Below are positions 1-14,790 of a stretch of 64,000 nucleotides of DNA, piece by piece. Numbering within the stretch: the stretch's first letter is position 1; each line of letters begins with the position of its first letter. The notes under the pieces were generated by a model that ran no database searches, was not told the origin of the DNA, and was given only the letters and a program-made list of their open reading frames with translations. This stretch comes from the human T2T-CHM13v2.0 reference genome, Homo sapiens, in the NCBI RefSeq assembly GCF_009914755.1, contig NC_060947.1; one strand, written 5' to 3'. Both the position numbers and the translations under genes were made by a program.

Positions 1-385
1 GTTATCTCAAAAGGCCAATCTTAGGTTCCACAATAGTGATGTTATTTACAAGAGTACTTGGGGAAGTTGCACATCTTATAACCTCTGGAATAACAGCTGG
101 CAATCCTTCATGTCTGTGCCTTAGCAGGAATCAGGCTGTCCTCCTCCCTGCAGCCCGATGGCCTCCCATCAGCTTTACAACTGTGGTTGGGTTTCTGGGC
201 AAGGCCTATTATCATTTAAACTGTAGCCTAAATGTCTTCCCAAGTTCGCTTGGCCCAATAGCGCAGGAATAATTAAGAGAAAGGCAAGATGAGGGGTGGG
301 TTAGCTCAGCTTACTGTTATAATTTTTATCACTGATGATTGAATTTTTGCAAACTCGATTTTTCTCACTGATAGAATTTTTGCAA
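1..385 (-). mobile_element. ERV1 (MER4-group, LTR8-related) LTR, partial at window edge
   Basis: Reverse complement aligns by eye with the solo LTR at 53132-53786 (shared GTAAAGCTGATGGGAGGCCA, TTATTCCAGA-GTTATAAGATGTGC, GCCTTTTGAGATA); ~30-bp internal duplication at 327-386. Confidence 0.7.
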
Positions 386-1689
386 ACACACACTTGCCAA
401 CTCACATATACTCACATGAACACACTGACACACAAACATGCTCACACACACCTGCACACAAACACACCATGCACAGAGTATTTTGCTACAACTTATTTTG
501 CTCTTAGACTGATTCGTTTTTTCCTGCTTTAGGGAAAGACTGCTTTTAAAGCTGACCGTGAAATACAAGGGAATGTGCTCCTCCCTGAATTTCTTTTCTC
601 TTTCTAAAAATTAACTACATGTAAGCTTAATTTTACAATTCTAAAGAGAGAGACACATGTTTGAGAACCTAGTATAAACAAAACGTGGTACATAGAAACA
701 AACAAACAAATAAAAATCCTAGTATGTATTTCAGCATGTGCTTTGAAATCCTTTGACAAAATTGCAGAATCCTTTTAGGGGCTGAAACATTGACGTAATT
801 CACAAACCACTGCAGTAGCCGTCTCTAATTCTCTCACAATTACTGTTAACACACTGGGTGAATACAAATTAGCAGATGAGAAAGATACCATGAAAACGTT
901 TAAATTAAACTTGGCCCTGGCGCTTCCTGTAGGGGATGCTCCTGCACTCCCTAGAATTACCAAGAAGATTCAAACAAAAATATGTGAAGAGTTGGGGAAA
1001 TAGGATAGCATTTCTGCCCTTGGTGATTCAGGTGACAACAATTAGAAGCATGATTAAGGATGCTATCTAGATTTTTATGGCATATATCTATACAAGGCTT
1101 TGAAGTTAATAGTGTTTTAAAGGATATTCTCGGCTTTTCTGTTTTTGTTCCTGAAGCCTTTTTTTTTTTTTTTTTGTTAGGAAACCATAAGTTAAATATG
1201 GTATCACATTGATAATTATAATGTCGGCTTAATTTTAAATCGTCCCCACAGTTGCCTTCTGGCATGTATAGTTTTGTGTGCTAACAAACATTCTAGGCCA
1301 CTAATAATGAACTAACTAGGTAAAAATGGAATTATTTCTTTAGAATTGGAAATAAAAGAAGGAAACGTAAAAATGCAGAATAAATAGGAAGGCTGTAAAT
1401 TGAAATATAAATTTAGGATATGGAAGGGGAACAGGAACACTCAGTGCATTAATATGCATCTATGAATTTGAAAATTCTTCTCTAATGAGGTAAGCATTCT
1501 GTGAACTTACTTGATGGGGATAATTTTGCATCATTGACATGATCTCCTTTGTACTATTCAGTTCTTGCTTTCCAACTACCTAGAATTTTTTGAAATATTA
1601 TAAATTTTATGGACCAAGGTATGCTGCCATTGCAATTCAATCTGAGATTTTTTTGCTTATTGTATTATAAGCATTGCTAAATCGTATTG

Positions 1690-1875
1690 TGTATGTATAT
1701 ATACAAGCACACATACAAAATACAATAAGCCAAATATATGTGTGTGTATATGTGTGTATATATAATATACATATATGATATAAATATATGCATATAGAGG
1801 TATACACATATTTGTCATATATTTACATATGTAAACTCATGAGTATATGCACAAGTAAATGATGCTTATATAATG
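1690..1875. repeat. degenerate (TA)/(TG) microsatellite
   Basis: Alternating TA/TG/CA runs. Confidence 0.8.
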
Positions 1876-1905
1876 TTACATAGTTCTTAGCTATGATAAA
1901 GGTAA

Positions 1906-2232
<327 letters not shown>

Positions 2233-2539
2233 AACTTTCTTTTTTTATACCCAAAATTGCTTAGGTACTTTCACTACTGACAGACTAGAACCAAAAAATT
2301 ATTTGCATTTCTACAATTCTTTATATGGAGTACCTGTCCACTCTAGGAAAAAATGGTGGGTTTTTCTTAACCAATAAAGAAACCATGAATATGACAGTAC
2401 ACTTGTTGAGCTGAGGTTGCATGCAGACATGGATATTTGACATTGGATGGAATTTGGGTTGAATCAAAATCTCAGTGAGATGTTGGAATATGCTATAGTT
2501 TGGAAGGAACCCTACCCAAGAGGTAATTGCCCGGCAAGG

Positions 2540-3037
2540 TGTCAGAGCCCTAACATTGGAAAGTGGTCAGCTCTCAGACAGTAGGGTAGGAAATACAATT
2601 TACAGACAACAGTATGGGTTTAAAAAAGAAAGTTTTATTGGATAGAAAGAATGCTGCAGAAGAGTGCAGTGGGTGCCTCAGCAAGAGAGGACTGAGCTCG
2701 CCGTGGTGGATTTTCCTTATCCGTATTTAAGGACCTTAAAGCAGGAGCTGAAGGGTAATTTGCACCATAGTAGCCATGTAGGTCATGATAAATGATGACA
2801 TTTGTAGACATTTTGGTGCCTTAATGTCAGCAAGGGTTGCACAATGAGTTTTGACATGCATGCATTCTAGAGTAACCAGAAATTCTAGTTACTTATAATT
2901 TTGGGGGAAAAGAAGCCTGATACCCTATACCAGCTTTAGAGAATAGAGGAGTCTAATTATTTCTGAATTCCTCAGATAAGGAGTCTGGCCTCTGGATGGT
3001 CTGCTTGATGGCCACCAGGTGATCTTTGGTCTCCTCA
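2540..3037 (-). mobile_element. solo LTR, probably ERV1 class, subfamily not determined
   Basis: Minus strand runs TGAGGAG...CTGACA (TG..CA termini), ~500 bp, with TATA-like TTAAATA and downstream AATAAA in the same orientation. Confidence 0.55.
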
Positions 3038-3309
3038 GTAATAATTAAGCTAGTCATTTTAGGTAAGGTGCCCTGGGAAACAGTGTGGGGAGGAAACAGG
3101 GGGAAGTGAGGGATGTAGCTGGAGGAACACTAGCATAAAGGGAAGATGAAGATCTCGGCAAAGAAGAAATGATAGGTCAGAAAGAGCACAACACAGCAGC
3201 CTTACTTGGAGGCAGTAGACAAAAATTCTACTCTACAAAGTCATGGTTAGGGGAAAAGAAAGGGAAAAAAGAGTTGGGTTTGGCAATCTTACTTATATGC
3301 TTGCAAATT

Positions 3310-4262
3310 CAACGATGTTGACAGTTCCTATGTTATTTTCATTTGAACTAGCATTTCTCTAATTAATACAGAATGTGAACAACATTTTGGTATATTGTTT
3401 ACTCCAAGCTTTCTAGTATTGCTTTGGCTACCCTATTTCATTTTTATTCCCTTATATTATTTTCTTTTTCCTGCTTATTTTTGGTTTAACTTGCTTTTCC
3501 TCTTCTGGTTTCTTGAAGTGAAAGCCAGGGCTCCTTGATTTAAAATCTTCATTCTCTTTTGATATAGTCATTCAGAGCCATAAATTTCTTAGTACAGGTT
3601 TAGTGTTATCCTGCAAATGTCATACATTGTGGTTCCATATTCATTTTGTTCAAATTACTTTCTGATTTCTGATTTTTTTTCTTTGACTCTTCCATTGATA
3701 ATTTACAACTGTGCTATTCAGTTTCTAATATTTGGACATTTTCTGGACATGTTTTAATTATTGTTTGTAATTTAATGCTATTGTGGTCAGAGAACATACA
3801 TTGTGTCATTTGGATTTTCTTCTAATTTTTTGAGATGTATGATATGGTGTGGCTCTGTATCCCCACCCAAATCTCACCTGGAATTGTAATCTCCACATGT
3901 CGAGGGAAGGACCTGGTGGGAGGTGATTGAATCATGGGGACGGTTTCCCAAATGCTGTTCCCATGATAGTGAGGCAGTTCTCATGAGATGTAATGGTTTA
4001 AAAGGGGCAGTTTCCCCTGCGCATACTGTCTCTCTCCTGCCACCTTGTGAAGAAGGTGTCCTGCTTCCCCTTCCGCCATGACTGTGAGTTTCCTGAGGCC
4101 TCCTCAGCCATGTGGAACTGTGAGTCAATTAAACTTCTTTCCTTATAAATCACCTAGTCTCAAGTATTCTTCATAGCGGTATGAAAATGGACTAATACAA
4201 TGTATTTTCAGGTCTAGAATGTAGTCTATCCTGGTAGACATGCCTGTGTCTATTTGATCACG
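3310..4262 (-). mobile_element. old L1M ORF2 fragment (end of endonuclease/linker), interrupted by THE1
   Basis: Antisense L1 motifs such as TTGTGGTCAGAGAACATAC (SDHN region). Confidence 0.7.
3840..4199 (+). mobile_element. THE1/MST (MaLR) solo LTR, THE1D-like
   Basis: TGATATGG...GACTAATACA termini, 360 bp, perfect ATGTA TSD. Confidence 0.9.
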
Positions 4263-4269
4263 TATGCAT

Positions 4270-6515
4270 CTTAGAAGTTAACTCAAGAATACTTACAGGA
4301 TACAAAAATATTCAACTCCAAATGGGTAAATTTTACAAGGTATGGCATCCAAAGAAAAACTTCTAATTATGGGAAACGGTATAAAAATGTAATAAATAAG
4401 ATGAAGAAAAAATCAATCAATCAAAATGGTCCCAGAAATGACACAGATGTTAGATTATGCAATAACATTAAGCAGTTATTATAACTGTATTTCATGTGTT
4501 CATAAAGTTAGATAAAGACATCACAGATACATAAAAGGCCCAAATCAAACATCTGGATATAAAATCTACAATGTGTGAGATCAAAATTGCATTGAGCAGA
4601 ATTAACAGGAGATTAGAATTTGCAGGAAAAATATGACTTATGAATTTAAAGACATAGCAATAAAAACCCTACCCCCCAAAAAAACAGAGAAGAGAGATTT
4701 TAAAAAGTGAATAGAAGATCTACGAGTTGTGGGAAAATTTTAAGTACCTTAATATACATGTAATTGGAATTCCTGAAAAAGAGAAATCACAGAAACCATA
4801 TTTGAAGACATAATGACAAAACATTTTCATATTCGATGTAAATTATAATCCCATAGATTCAAGAAGCTCAGCCAACTCAAAGCACCAAAATCACAAATAA
4901 AACTCCAACTTATAAAATTTGTAGATGATGCCAAAGAAGTATTTAGGAGAAATGCATAGTACTCCATAATCAGAGTGCTGAAAAGTGATGATTCAAAGAA
5001 AATCTTACAAGCATCCAGAGAGAAAAGACAGGTTACATACCACATGTCAAAGTAATGATTACAGCAAATTTCATGTGAAAAATAATGCCCACAAGAAGAC
5101 GGTGGAATGATCTAATGAACTGGAGAGGGGTGGGAGTGTAAGGTAATCTAGAATCAAACAACTAGCAAAAACATTCTTTAAAATCAGAGAAGATGTAGAC
5201 ATGTTCAAAAATACAAAAGCAGAAAGAATTGAATAGCACAGACCACACTGCAAGAAGTGGTAAGGGCATCCTTCAAACAGAAGGAAAATGATATCAGGTG
5301 TGGCTATGGAAATGTGGATTTATACAAAGAAATGAAGAACACTAGAATTTGTGACTGCATTAATAATGTGTTGGATCTTTTGCTTATTTAAATCTCTTTA
5401 AAAGATATTGATTGTTTAAACAAATATGACAACAATGCAGACATCATAAGTAAGTGCATACATGTTTTTCTTGTTACTAATCTCCATAAAGGATAATTGA
5501 TCCTTTAAGCAAATATGATCTGATCTGGAGTTTATAACATATGTAAATGTAAAATTAATGACATTAGCACAAAGCTCAGGAAGAGAGAAATGCAAGTGTA
5601 TTCTGGTAATCTTCTTATTAGATAAGTATACTCCAGTAATGTGAAGTGTGACATCACTGGAAAATAGATAGGCTATGATGAGTTAATTATGTGTACTATG
5701 AACCCTAAAGCAACCACCACTATAACAATACAAAGAGTTACAACTAACAAACTTAAAAACAGACAAAATAGAATTATAAAATTAATTCAATTGGTAGAAA
5801 AGAACACAAATAGAAAAAGAGATTAAAAAAATGGGACAAATAAATGGAAACCAAATAGGAGATGGTATTTCAAAGTTTGCCATATAAATAATAATCTAAA
5901 ATGTAAATGCTCTGAAAACACCAATAAAAAACAGTTTTTCAAGTTGAATAAAAGGCAGGACCCAATGTATGCTGCCTAAAAGAAACACAATTTAAATATA
6001 AAGACCCAGGGTGATTAAAGGCAAAATGATAGAAAAAGTTATATCATGCTAGTCCTAATCAAATAAAATTTGGTGTGGCTATATTAATATAGCAAAAAGG
6101 ATGTTTTACAATGAAGAATATCCTCAGTAATAGGGGTTATTTCTTAACAATAAAAGGGTCAGTTTAACAAGAGAACATAAAATCCTAAACTTTTATGCAC
6201 CTAATAACAGAGCCTGAAAATGCACAAATCAAAAATTTATAGATGTACTAGGACAACCAGAGAAATTCACAACTTAAGTGGAAATTTTAAATAGCCTTAC
6301 ATGAATAATTGACAGAAAAAGCAGATAGAGAAATCAGTAAGGAAAAAAGAGGTTAGATTAACACTATCAATCAACTTGACTTTAATTAATATTGAGAGAA
6401 AAGTCAACCCAATAATAGTTCTTTACAAGACAACAGAAAACATTTAGCCTGTTAGACCATAGTCTAGATCATAAAACTTTTTATAATAAATTTAAAAGAA
6501 TTCAGGTCATATGTA
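4270..6515 (+). mobile_element. old L1M fragment (ORF1, inter-ORF, ORF2 endonuclease), degenerate
   Basis: A-rich sense L1; AATGTAAATGCTCTGAAAACACCAATAAAA (NVNGLN..PIK-like) and GACCCAATGTATGCTGCCTAAAAGAAACAC (DPTICCLQET-like) remnants. Confidence 0.8.
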
Positions 6516-7714
6516 TAACAATTTATTTTTAATAATGAAGAGGTTTCTGGAAGCTAATGGAATAATAAAACTCATTATTTAAATTTTTATAAAAGGTACT
6601 TGGCTAGCTGTTATTGTTTTCATACTTAATTTTACATTTCTAATTCTCATCATTTTTTAAAAAATTAAAAATTAGAGTTATTTATTAAATAATGTTAGGG
6701 TGCTTTATTTTTGTCTTTTATGTAATAAATATAAATTACTACTGCAGAATAAAAATTAGATGAAATGCATGGGAACAGATTATTTTACCCTAGAATTCCA
6801 TTCCTAAAGAAATCTAAAGACTTTTTTATTTTTATTTTTTTTTGTTCTTAAGATACAACATCTCAAGGGATTTCATTTTTAATTTCAGGCATAACAACAA
6901 GTTCTCTAGGCCTGATAAATGTCAGACTTCAAAGTACCCTGAATTGGAGCTGAGCTTGAGTAGTAAGGAAAACTGATTTGAGCTTGGGGGCAGAGAATTG
7001 TATATTAACAAATCAGAGGAATATCTTACAAATTCTGATACGAAGAAGAAAGTGAATGAGAGCAGGGAAGCAAGGTCTGGAATAGTCTAGGTAGCAGAAT
7101 AATCCCCCTTTGCCCCACCTCGTCAGGGTGCAAGATGTCAACCATTTTGGGGCTTTTATAATGTGTCATAGATGGAGAAACCTGTAGTCTTCAGAAATGA
7201 TCTTATAGGAGAAGGCCATTGCTGTATAGCTGTCTTATTAATCTCTTATCACATGAGATTTGGTAGCCAAGACAATATCCACGTTTATGAGCTCGACCAA
7301 GATCAAGCTCAAAATGAAAGAACTGAAGACATCAGTAGGAATTAATTGTGTTAGAGACTGGATATTATAGGAAAGTAGACATAATTCATCTTAACTGCTA
7401 GTGTTTGGGTTAAAGATGCAAATAAAATTGAACTCAGAAGACATCTGTTTTTTTAAAAACTGTCAATATGAAATAATGGTACTAACTAGATCACTCCCAT
7501 TGTATGCTACATGGGAAAGCTACAACTTTTCTACCTAAGACCAATCTAACATTATCTCTAAAATATAATTCTACACCTTTTTTTATTGCCACCTGGTCAA
7601 ACTGTTATTGCCTCCTTAATATAGACATTAGGAAAGGAATGAGCATTGTGTTTACATGCGTAGAGTTACCACTGATCTATGAGGCTTTTATAGATACCTT
7701 AACTCCAGATCTCC

Positions 7715-8012
7715 AGATAGACAGAGAGAGAGAGACAGCGATAATAAATATAATATATAAATATAAAATAGATATAATATATAACATATATAAAATAAAT
7801 TATAGATTTTATGTGGATATGAATATATAATACATATTTTCCTAAATTTTTACATATATAATATATGAATATATTTTTATATATTATTTACGTTATTTGT
7901 ATAAAAATATTTGTATATTATATATTTTATAAAATTCATAAACACATGTTCCTATATTTAAATATTAAAATATAAATACATATGTAAATATATATATTTT
8001 TATATATATATT
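7715..8012. repeat. AT-rich degenerate (TA)n low complexity
   Basis: Almost pure A/T with TATA runs. Confidence 0.85.
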
Positions 8013-11000
8013 TTTTCATCTAACGTCCTTTAGGTTTTCGTTGCATAGGTTGATGAAAAAACCTTAAGATTATATATGTCAAACAAAGTAGCAATTAAAC
8101 AGTATTTTGCCTTAGATTATAGCTAAACAATTTCTTTTAGTTCCTTTTTTCTTTTTTTAAATTTCAGTTTGAAATAGTTGCCATTAAGCTTCGCAAGAAC
8201 TGCAATCACTTTGCCTGTCAGGCTGTTAGCACTTTGTTGCAACTGATATAAATGATGTGGCCAGACAATTTGCAGAAGTCAGGCAATTAATCAGAGAACT
8301 GAAAACATTTTTACTAAAAAAGTCAAGTAATTGAAGCATATCTAAGAAGCTGTAACTTACCTATTGATTCCTCAGAAAATTTCTGGATATTCAATAAGTA
8401 TGTCACATATATTCCCTCAAGTTTAAAACAACTGAGTAATTTCTATCTGGATATTTTAGTACTGAGTCATAATCTGGTGGTTACACCCCTCAAAATTTTC
8501 CTCCTGCCTTTCCTTTTCCCAAAGGGAAGATTAAAAATAGGGATGAATTCAAAATAGAAAGAATTACATTTTCTTTTGAAAACAAAATAAACTAACATCT
8601 TTTACGGAGGGTCCACGGTTTTCCTTGAGGGAGAAATAAAAATCTGAGTTTGCATTTCAACTGATACAAAAATATATGAGTTCTCATATGAAGACTAAAT
8701 GCATATGGGTTTATTGATTTTTCCTTTACATTAGAAATAGCACATTTGAGAAAAGAACATTTTAGGAGGCTTTCTTAGAGTAAATAAATAAGTCAGATTG
8801 AAGAGAGGCTTTTACAAACTCTTAAATGCCATTGTTCTTCTTAAAAATTATCCAGAGTTTATGGAAAAGCAGAATGACCCCAAAGGGTGGGTAAGAACAT
8901 TTTTGAGAGTGTGCTCATAGACACCTGTTGCCAGAAGTAGATGAGATTGGGTACCTTCCTAAGTACAGGGAGTGTGTCCAAGTACCACAAGGCACATTGA
9001 ACTGCACCTGCACCTTCTGGGTCGTTACCTGTTCTGTGATCAAGGAGCAACTAGGGGTCATTTGACTTGGCTTGAAGCAGAGAGTCATAGCAGGGCTTCC
9101 TTGGTTGCCACAGCCTTGTCCTTTTTTTTGGATGTCTTTCTCCAGGGTTTAAACCTGATACCTTCTTAAAGGAGGCACTGCAGAGAGAAAGCAAAAGTCC
9201 TGCCATTAGTGATAGTGCTTAAATCACTGAAACCAAATCTGCAGCATTAAGCGATCTTGAAAAATATTATATCCATAAAATATTCTAGGAAGGGCCCAGC
9301 TACATGATTAGGCTATTTTACCAGGTCATTTAACACATGTCTATTTGAGATTTGTATTTGGTGCTTCTGTATTTAATGATGGTCAGGAAAGCAAAGACCA
9401 AGGACCCAGAAAATGGAGAGTTTGAGGGCAGAATAGTAAGAAATGTTTTTGCCTTTAATTTCAGTTACAGAAGATATATTTATAAAGTCACTGAATTGTA
9501 AATTAGCTTCCCATAAACATGTTCTGAATGACCAGTTAGTGGAATAGGACTTGTCTATTTGCCCTTCTGTATGTAAATGGTTTTAAATGTCTCCAAATAC
9601 CACCACCATTCTTGTTATGTTCAAATCCTATGGCCAGGATGGGCCCTTTTTATGAGATTTTTTTTTCCTCTGATAATCAAGAAATTGTTATTAAGCAGAT
9701 TTCCTCTTGCTAATTATATAGTTGTCAGTTTCTCTTCATTCATAACATTTTCAATCGTAAAATTAATAGTGTGTCTTCACCTGTTAATAAAATAGAACCC
9801 ATCAGTAGTGAGTAATTCTGTTTTTTCCTTTTCTGTGTTTGGTTGCCTGCCTCCATGAACAGCCACATAAAGTGTTGTGTTTTGCTTTAATAAATAAGCA
9901 GCGTTGTGATGTAGGCAATGTGATGTTTTGGCTGTTGGCTGACTGGAACATTTGCATTTATAGGCTGTAGACAAAGGCCACCATGTTTTGTGTTCATGAC
10001 TCATAAATGACAGCAGGGTCAGGGAAGGACTTGTCTGCTGTGGTGGGGCAGGCATTGCCCTGGGGTCTGAGCTTTGCTAGCGTGCACAGGGACAGGCTAT
10101 GCTGGGTGGGCAGCAGAGTAAAGCAGCCAGAATCAAGGACCCGCTGGACATCAAAGCCCCATGTAGACAGCAGGGTCACTGCAGAAATGTATCAGCGGGA
10201 TGAGGGGAGGAAACAGGGATGAGTCAGGCTTGCTGCTTCCTAGAGGAGCAAAAAGAGCTCCTGTCTAGGAGTCAACTTGCACTCATCTAGGATTCCATCT
10301 TAATTGTGAACCTCAGGAAGCCCTGCCTTGTGGTCCATCCATGTCACTGTCACCATGCCTGAATATTTCCTAGGCACGATTGGTTTAGCCTCGACTGCAA
10401 TACCCTGCAACATGACCCTATACCTCAACTGCTATGAGCAGCCCAAGGAGAAAAACCCTAGTCTTTACTCTTTTGTGTGTCCTCTTTATCACTTGGCACA
10501 ATCACAGTAAATGATTAATGTAGCATTTTAGAGAAACGGGTTTTGGGAAGGCAGGTGCACATTTGTGGAGGCAATACAAGTATGCAGAGACCAGAGTTGG
10601 GACTGAGAGGGTCTTGCACATGAAAATGATGAGGAATATACGTCTATGTCAGAAAAGTGGTGGGAGGGCAGATAATGTCAAATTTAAACAGAAGAGCAAC
10701 AAAACTAAGCTTCCTTTTAGGTCATGTTGGTGGTGCCTCCTTCTAGATTCCATCTGTGATGTTTCATGGTCATGTTGGACACCATTTTGGGAAGATCATG
10801 GATTACACCTATGAGAATCTTATCTTTGTTCTGCAAGTTTCCAGCAGGAAAACATTGGGTTGGACTCAAGATATAGCTTGGGTGAGGTTGAAGGAGCAAA
10901 TTGAAGATGGATCTTTGTCCTTCCATAATGTGACTGTGTGGCCAAATTGACAGGATGTGCTAGGACTGTGGGTAGAGCATATGTGTACAAACACATCATA

Positions 11001-11254
11001 ATATCTGGAGGAGGCTTTCATATCTCTTTGAAATTTGTCAAGATCAACGGAAGGGGATTTCAAATTCCATGGGGAACCGATATGGCAGAGAACATTCATT
11101 TGCGTGAGTAGATTTAGGTAAAACTACTTTGAAAAATTCAATCCAACACATTTATATTTTTAAAGCACTATTTTAAGTACAATAAAAATGAAATACAATG
11201 AATGATTTCTCCAGTGAAAGAAATCATTTCACTGGGGCCACTCAGTACTTATCT

Positions 11255-11485
11255 GTTTATTTTTAATTTTTATTTTTTGTTGACATGCGGTCTCTCTATG
11301 TTGTCCAGGCTGGTCTCAAACTCTTGAGCTTGAGTGATCCTCTATTATTTATTTTTATTTTTATCATTCTTTTAGAGACAGGATCTTGCCCTGTCACCCA
11401 GGCTGGAGTGCAGTGGTACAATCATAGGTCACTGCGACCTCAAATTCCTGGGTTCAAGTGATTTTCCTCCTGCCTCACCAGCCAG
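11255..11485 (-). mobile_element. two AluJ/monomer fragments in tandem
   Basis: Antisense left-arm piece (CAGGCTGGTCTCAAACTC) followed by right-arm piece (CAGGCTGGAGTGCAGTGG). Confidence 0.8.
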
Positions 11486-12344
11486 TATTTTAAACAGAGA
11501 CCTTATATGTGGAGATTTTCAACTCTAAAATCACAGGGTCCTGCTGAGAGGTTCAAAGTGCATGCTGGAACTAGCAAGAACCAAAATTAAATTGGAATTT
11601 AAAAGAAACTGCTCCTAGTACAAAATCTGGTATCTGAGTCATTTCCACGCCCTATATTTTTTGTTATAGGTCAAATAATAATGATCTAGTATAGGTCGGA
11701 AAATATTATAATAATTTACACACAGGTTCATATTATACACTAGCAAATAATTATTTGGAATTGATCTAGTGGTCACTAATCTTTGCTTCTATTTAATCAT
11801 AAAAATATGAACAGTAAATTTACTCATGATTTTTTTTTCTTCTGTGGTAATTATCCATTTCTTTCACATTACTTGCTTTAAGATGTTCAGATTCTACCCT
11901 TCTTCCCTGAAGAACTTCATGGTTTTTCTGGCTTTAGATTTGAAAAGTCAGAGAATGAATAAAAAAAAATAAAAGGTTAAAATAATATAAGCTCTTCCTA
12001 AGGCCCCCAGCCAATTAGACATGCAGTCCCTGGAAAATAAAAAGGACAAGTCAGCCAGAGGACGTTTGTTTTTGTATGCAAGTCTGTAAAGTGATCATTT
12101 TAATTTTTAGGGCTACCCGACCGTGTCTATCCATAACAAATGAACTAAAATGCTTGCAGTGTGCGCATTTTTTCCCCAAAATCACTTTCATAGATTGAGC
12201 AATTTGGAGCATTTAGGCATACCTTTTGTTTCTTTTGCCTTGTTTTGTTTCACTTTCTGGGGTTCCTCTCATTGTCATTTCAACATAGATCCTAAATCCC
12301 TTGAATTTATTTTCTGATGGTGGTCTTTAATGGATATTTTATTC

Positions 12345-12655
12345 TATTTTTTTATTATCTATTTGTTTTAGAAACACAGTCTCACTCTGTTGCCCAGGCT
12401 GGAGTGCAGTGATGTGATCATAGCTCAGTGTAGCCCCGACCTCCTGGGCTCAAGTGATCCTTCCACCTTAGCCTCCTAAGTAGCTGGAACTACAGGTGCA
12501 TGCTGCTATTCCTGGTTACATTTTTTTTTTTTTTTTTGAAGATAGGGTCTGTCTGTATTGCTCAAGCTAGTCTCCAACTCCTGGCCTCAAGCCATCCTCC
12601 CACCTCAGCCTCCCAGAGTTCCTGGATTACAGACGTGAGCTATCACTTCTGGCTG
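12345..12655 (-). mobile_element. AluJ
   Basis: Diverged antisense Alu dimer with J-type GATCATAGCTCA / CTCCTGGGCTCAAG. Confidence 0.9.
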
Positions 12656-14487
12656 ACATCCTATTCTAGAAGAAAAGGCTATATATGAAAAGATACAATA
12701 TTCAATGCATATACCAACAGAATGAGCTCAGATACTGCAAGGACAAGGGACTGATTAACTACCTGGTGAAAAGGGCTTTCTGTTCCACCTCCTAGGGGAA
12801 GTGTAGCTTATGAGCACTCCAGGGAGATGAATCACATACGTGGTGTGCAAAGGCACCACCGAGCAGAATCGTCCATCAAACAGCGGGTGTTCTGAACAAG
12901 GCGCTGGAGTGCTTAAGCTGCTGGCCACTTTTCCAATGATCAGTTCTTCAAAAGTGGAGAGGACAAGAAGTAAAAACAAAATTGAGTGATGCAGGGCACA
13001 ATGAATGGGTGTTCATGGGATGAAGCAGTTGAGGGTGGCTTTATCCTGGGGCAGCCTTGAATGGCTTTATAGTTAAGAAACGGCAAGATAACACTTGCTT
13101 TTATTTCTCTCCCACCGTGGCTGTGGTATGACACAGTGACTCCTCCTCACCTGTCTTCACTCAGATTGGGAGACACATACTCTTCTTAGTAAAATCCAGG
13201 TGGCATAGAAGTTTGGAGCTTGAGAGAAGCTGGGAAAAAATAGACACAAACCGATGCACCTCTGACAATTTATTCTTCCACATGTGCAGTGCCCTCCTTA
13301 GCCTTGGGAACCGAGCACACGCAGTGTGTTCAGCAAGTTGTATGCATGCCCATCTGAGGCTTTCTTCCCTTTTCTGGTGGAGTGCCCCTGGAAGGTCACA
13401 CTCTGCCATTTTGTCTCTTATTGAACATGGCTGGGAAGTTGCATCTCCTTGTTGCTTGCATTCAATTGACACTTTAGTGCAACGGGTGTGGACAGTTAGA
13501 AAATGGCCTCTTCCTGGTGCCAGCTGCCAATTTATCCCTTTGAGAGACACAATATGATAATTGTCACACCATCACCCGATTCTTGCCTGACATTCCTGGC
13601 GGGTGGGGGAAGAGCCCTCTCCTGCTCTGCTCATGCCTGTCTCACTACCTGTAACAGGACAGGAAAGATGGAAGAGCTAACAAAAGGAATTTTTAGCAAA
13701 TTTGGTGACTGATGCTTCATTTCACTGAGACTTGGAAATTTACAAATTGTTTCTCACAACTGCACATTTGTGGATGAAAAGGTTAAATGTACAAGCATTG
13801 ATTTTAAGTCCCCATCATTCATTTGCTAAACTGGCCCCTAAATGTATAAACTCCCTCAGCATTTGCTGTTTGTCCCTGAGAGCTTACAGAATTCTACAGC
13901 TTCAAAAAGATGCTAATGTACTTGCCTGAACTCAATAAGACACGCATGGAGTTGATCACCAAAGTAGTATGTATTGGAGGTAGAACTAAAATACTTTGAA
14001 GCAATGCACAAAGATATCTAATAATAAGGTGTGTGGGTGTGAGATGGACCATGTTAATCGACACTTTATTTCTTAAGCATTTAGAGTATTACAATAATTG
14101 ATCACCTATTAGGCCATAAAAAACCCTCTACACATATCAAAGAAAAAGTATCATGGAGATAATACTTTCTGTCTAACTCTTAATTCATATTATTTTGACA
14201 TTAGTTTACTTTAATTTATAAATTAATAATAAGAAAGTAGAAAATGAATTCCCACATACTAAATAAAAATATGAACATGCTTAGGTAAACAACTCATAGG
14301 TTAGAGATGAAATCGTGCAAAATTTTAAAGTATTATTAGAAGTAAATAATAATGGATATACTAAATGTTGAAATATTATGTTAAGTAAAATTAGTTCATT
14401 GAAGGAATTATATCCTTAGAAATTTTAAGCAAAAAATGAAGCAATTCAAAAGTGGTGATCCAAGTGCTCACATGAAAACAATAAAAA

Positions 14488-14790
14488 GGGTTGGGCATGG
14501 TGGCTCACACCTGTAATGCTAGCACTTTGGGAGATTGAGACCGGTGGATCACCCAGAGCTCAGGAGTTAGAGACCAGAGTAGGCAACATGGCAAAACTCT
14601 GTCTCTACAAAAAGTACAAAAATTAGCCAGGTATGGTGGCACTCACCTGTAGCCCCAGCTACTCAGAAAGTTGAGGTGGGAAGATTGCTTGAACCTGGGA
14701 GGCAGAGGTTGCAGTGAGCCCTGGTCACACCTCTGTACTCCAGCCTGGGCAACAGAACTACACTCTGTCTCAAAAAACAAACAACAACAA
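14488..14790 (+). mobile_element. Alu (AluJ/old AluS)
   Basis: Full sense dimer with A/C-rich tail. Confidence 0.92.

Noticed and set aside
13161-13557. Overlapping 129-aa and 114-aa ORFs in unique sequence
   Set aside because: No recognisable domain or splice structure; lengths expected by chance
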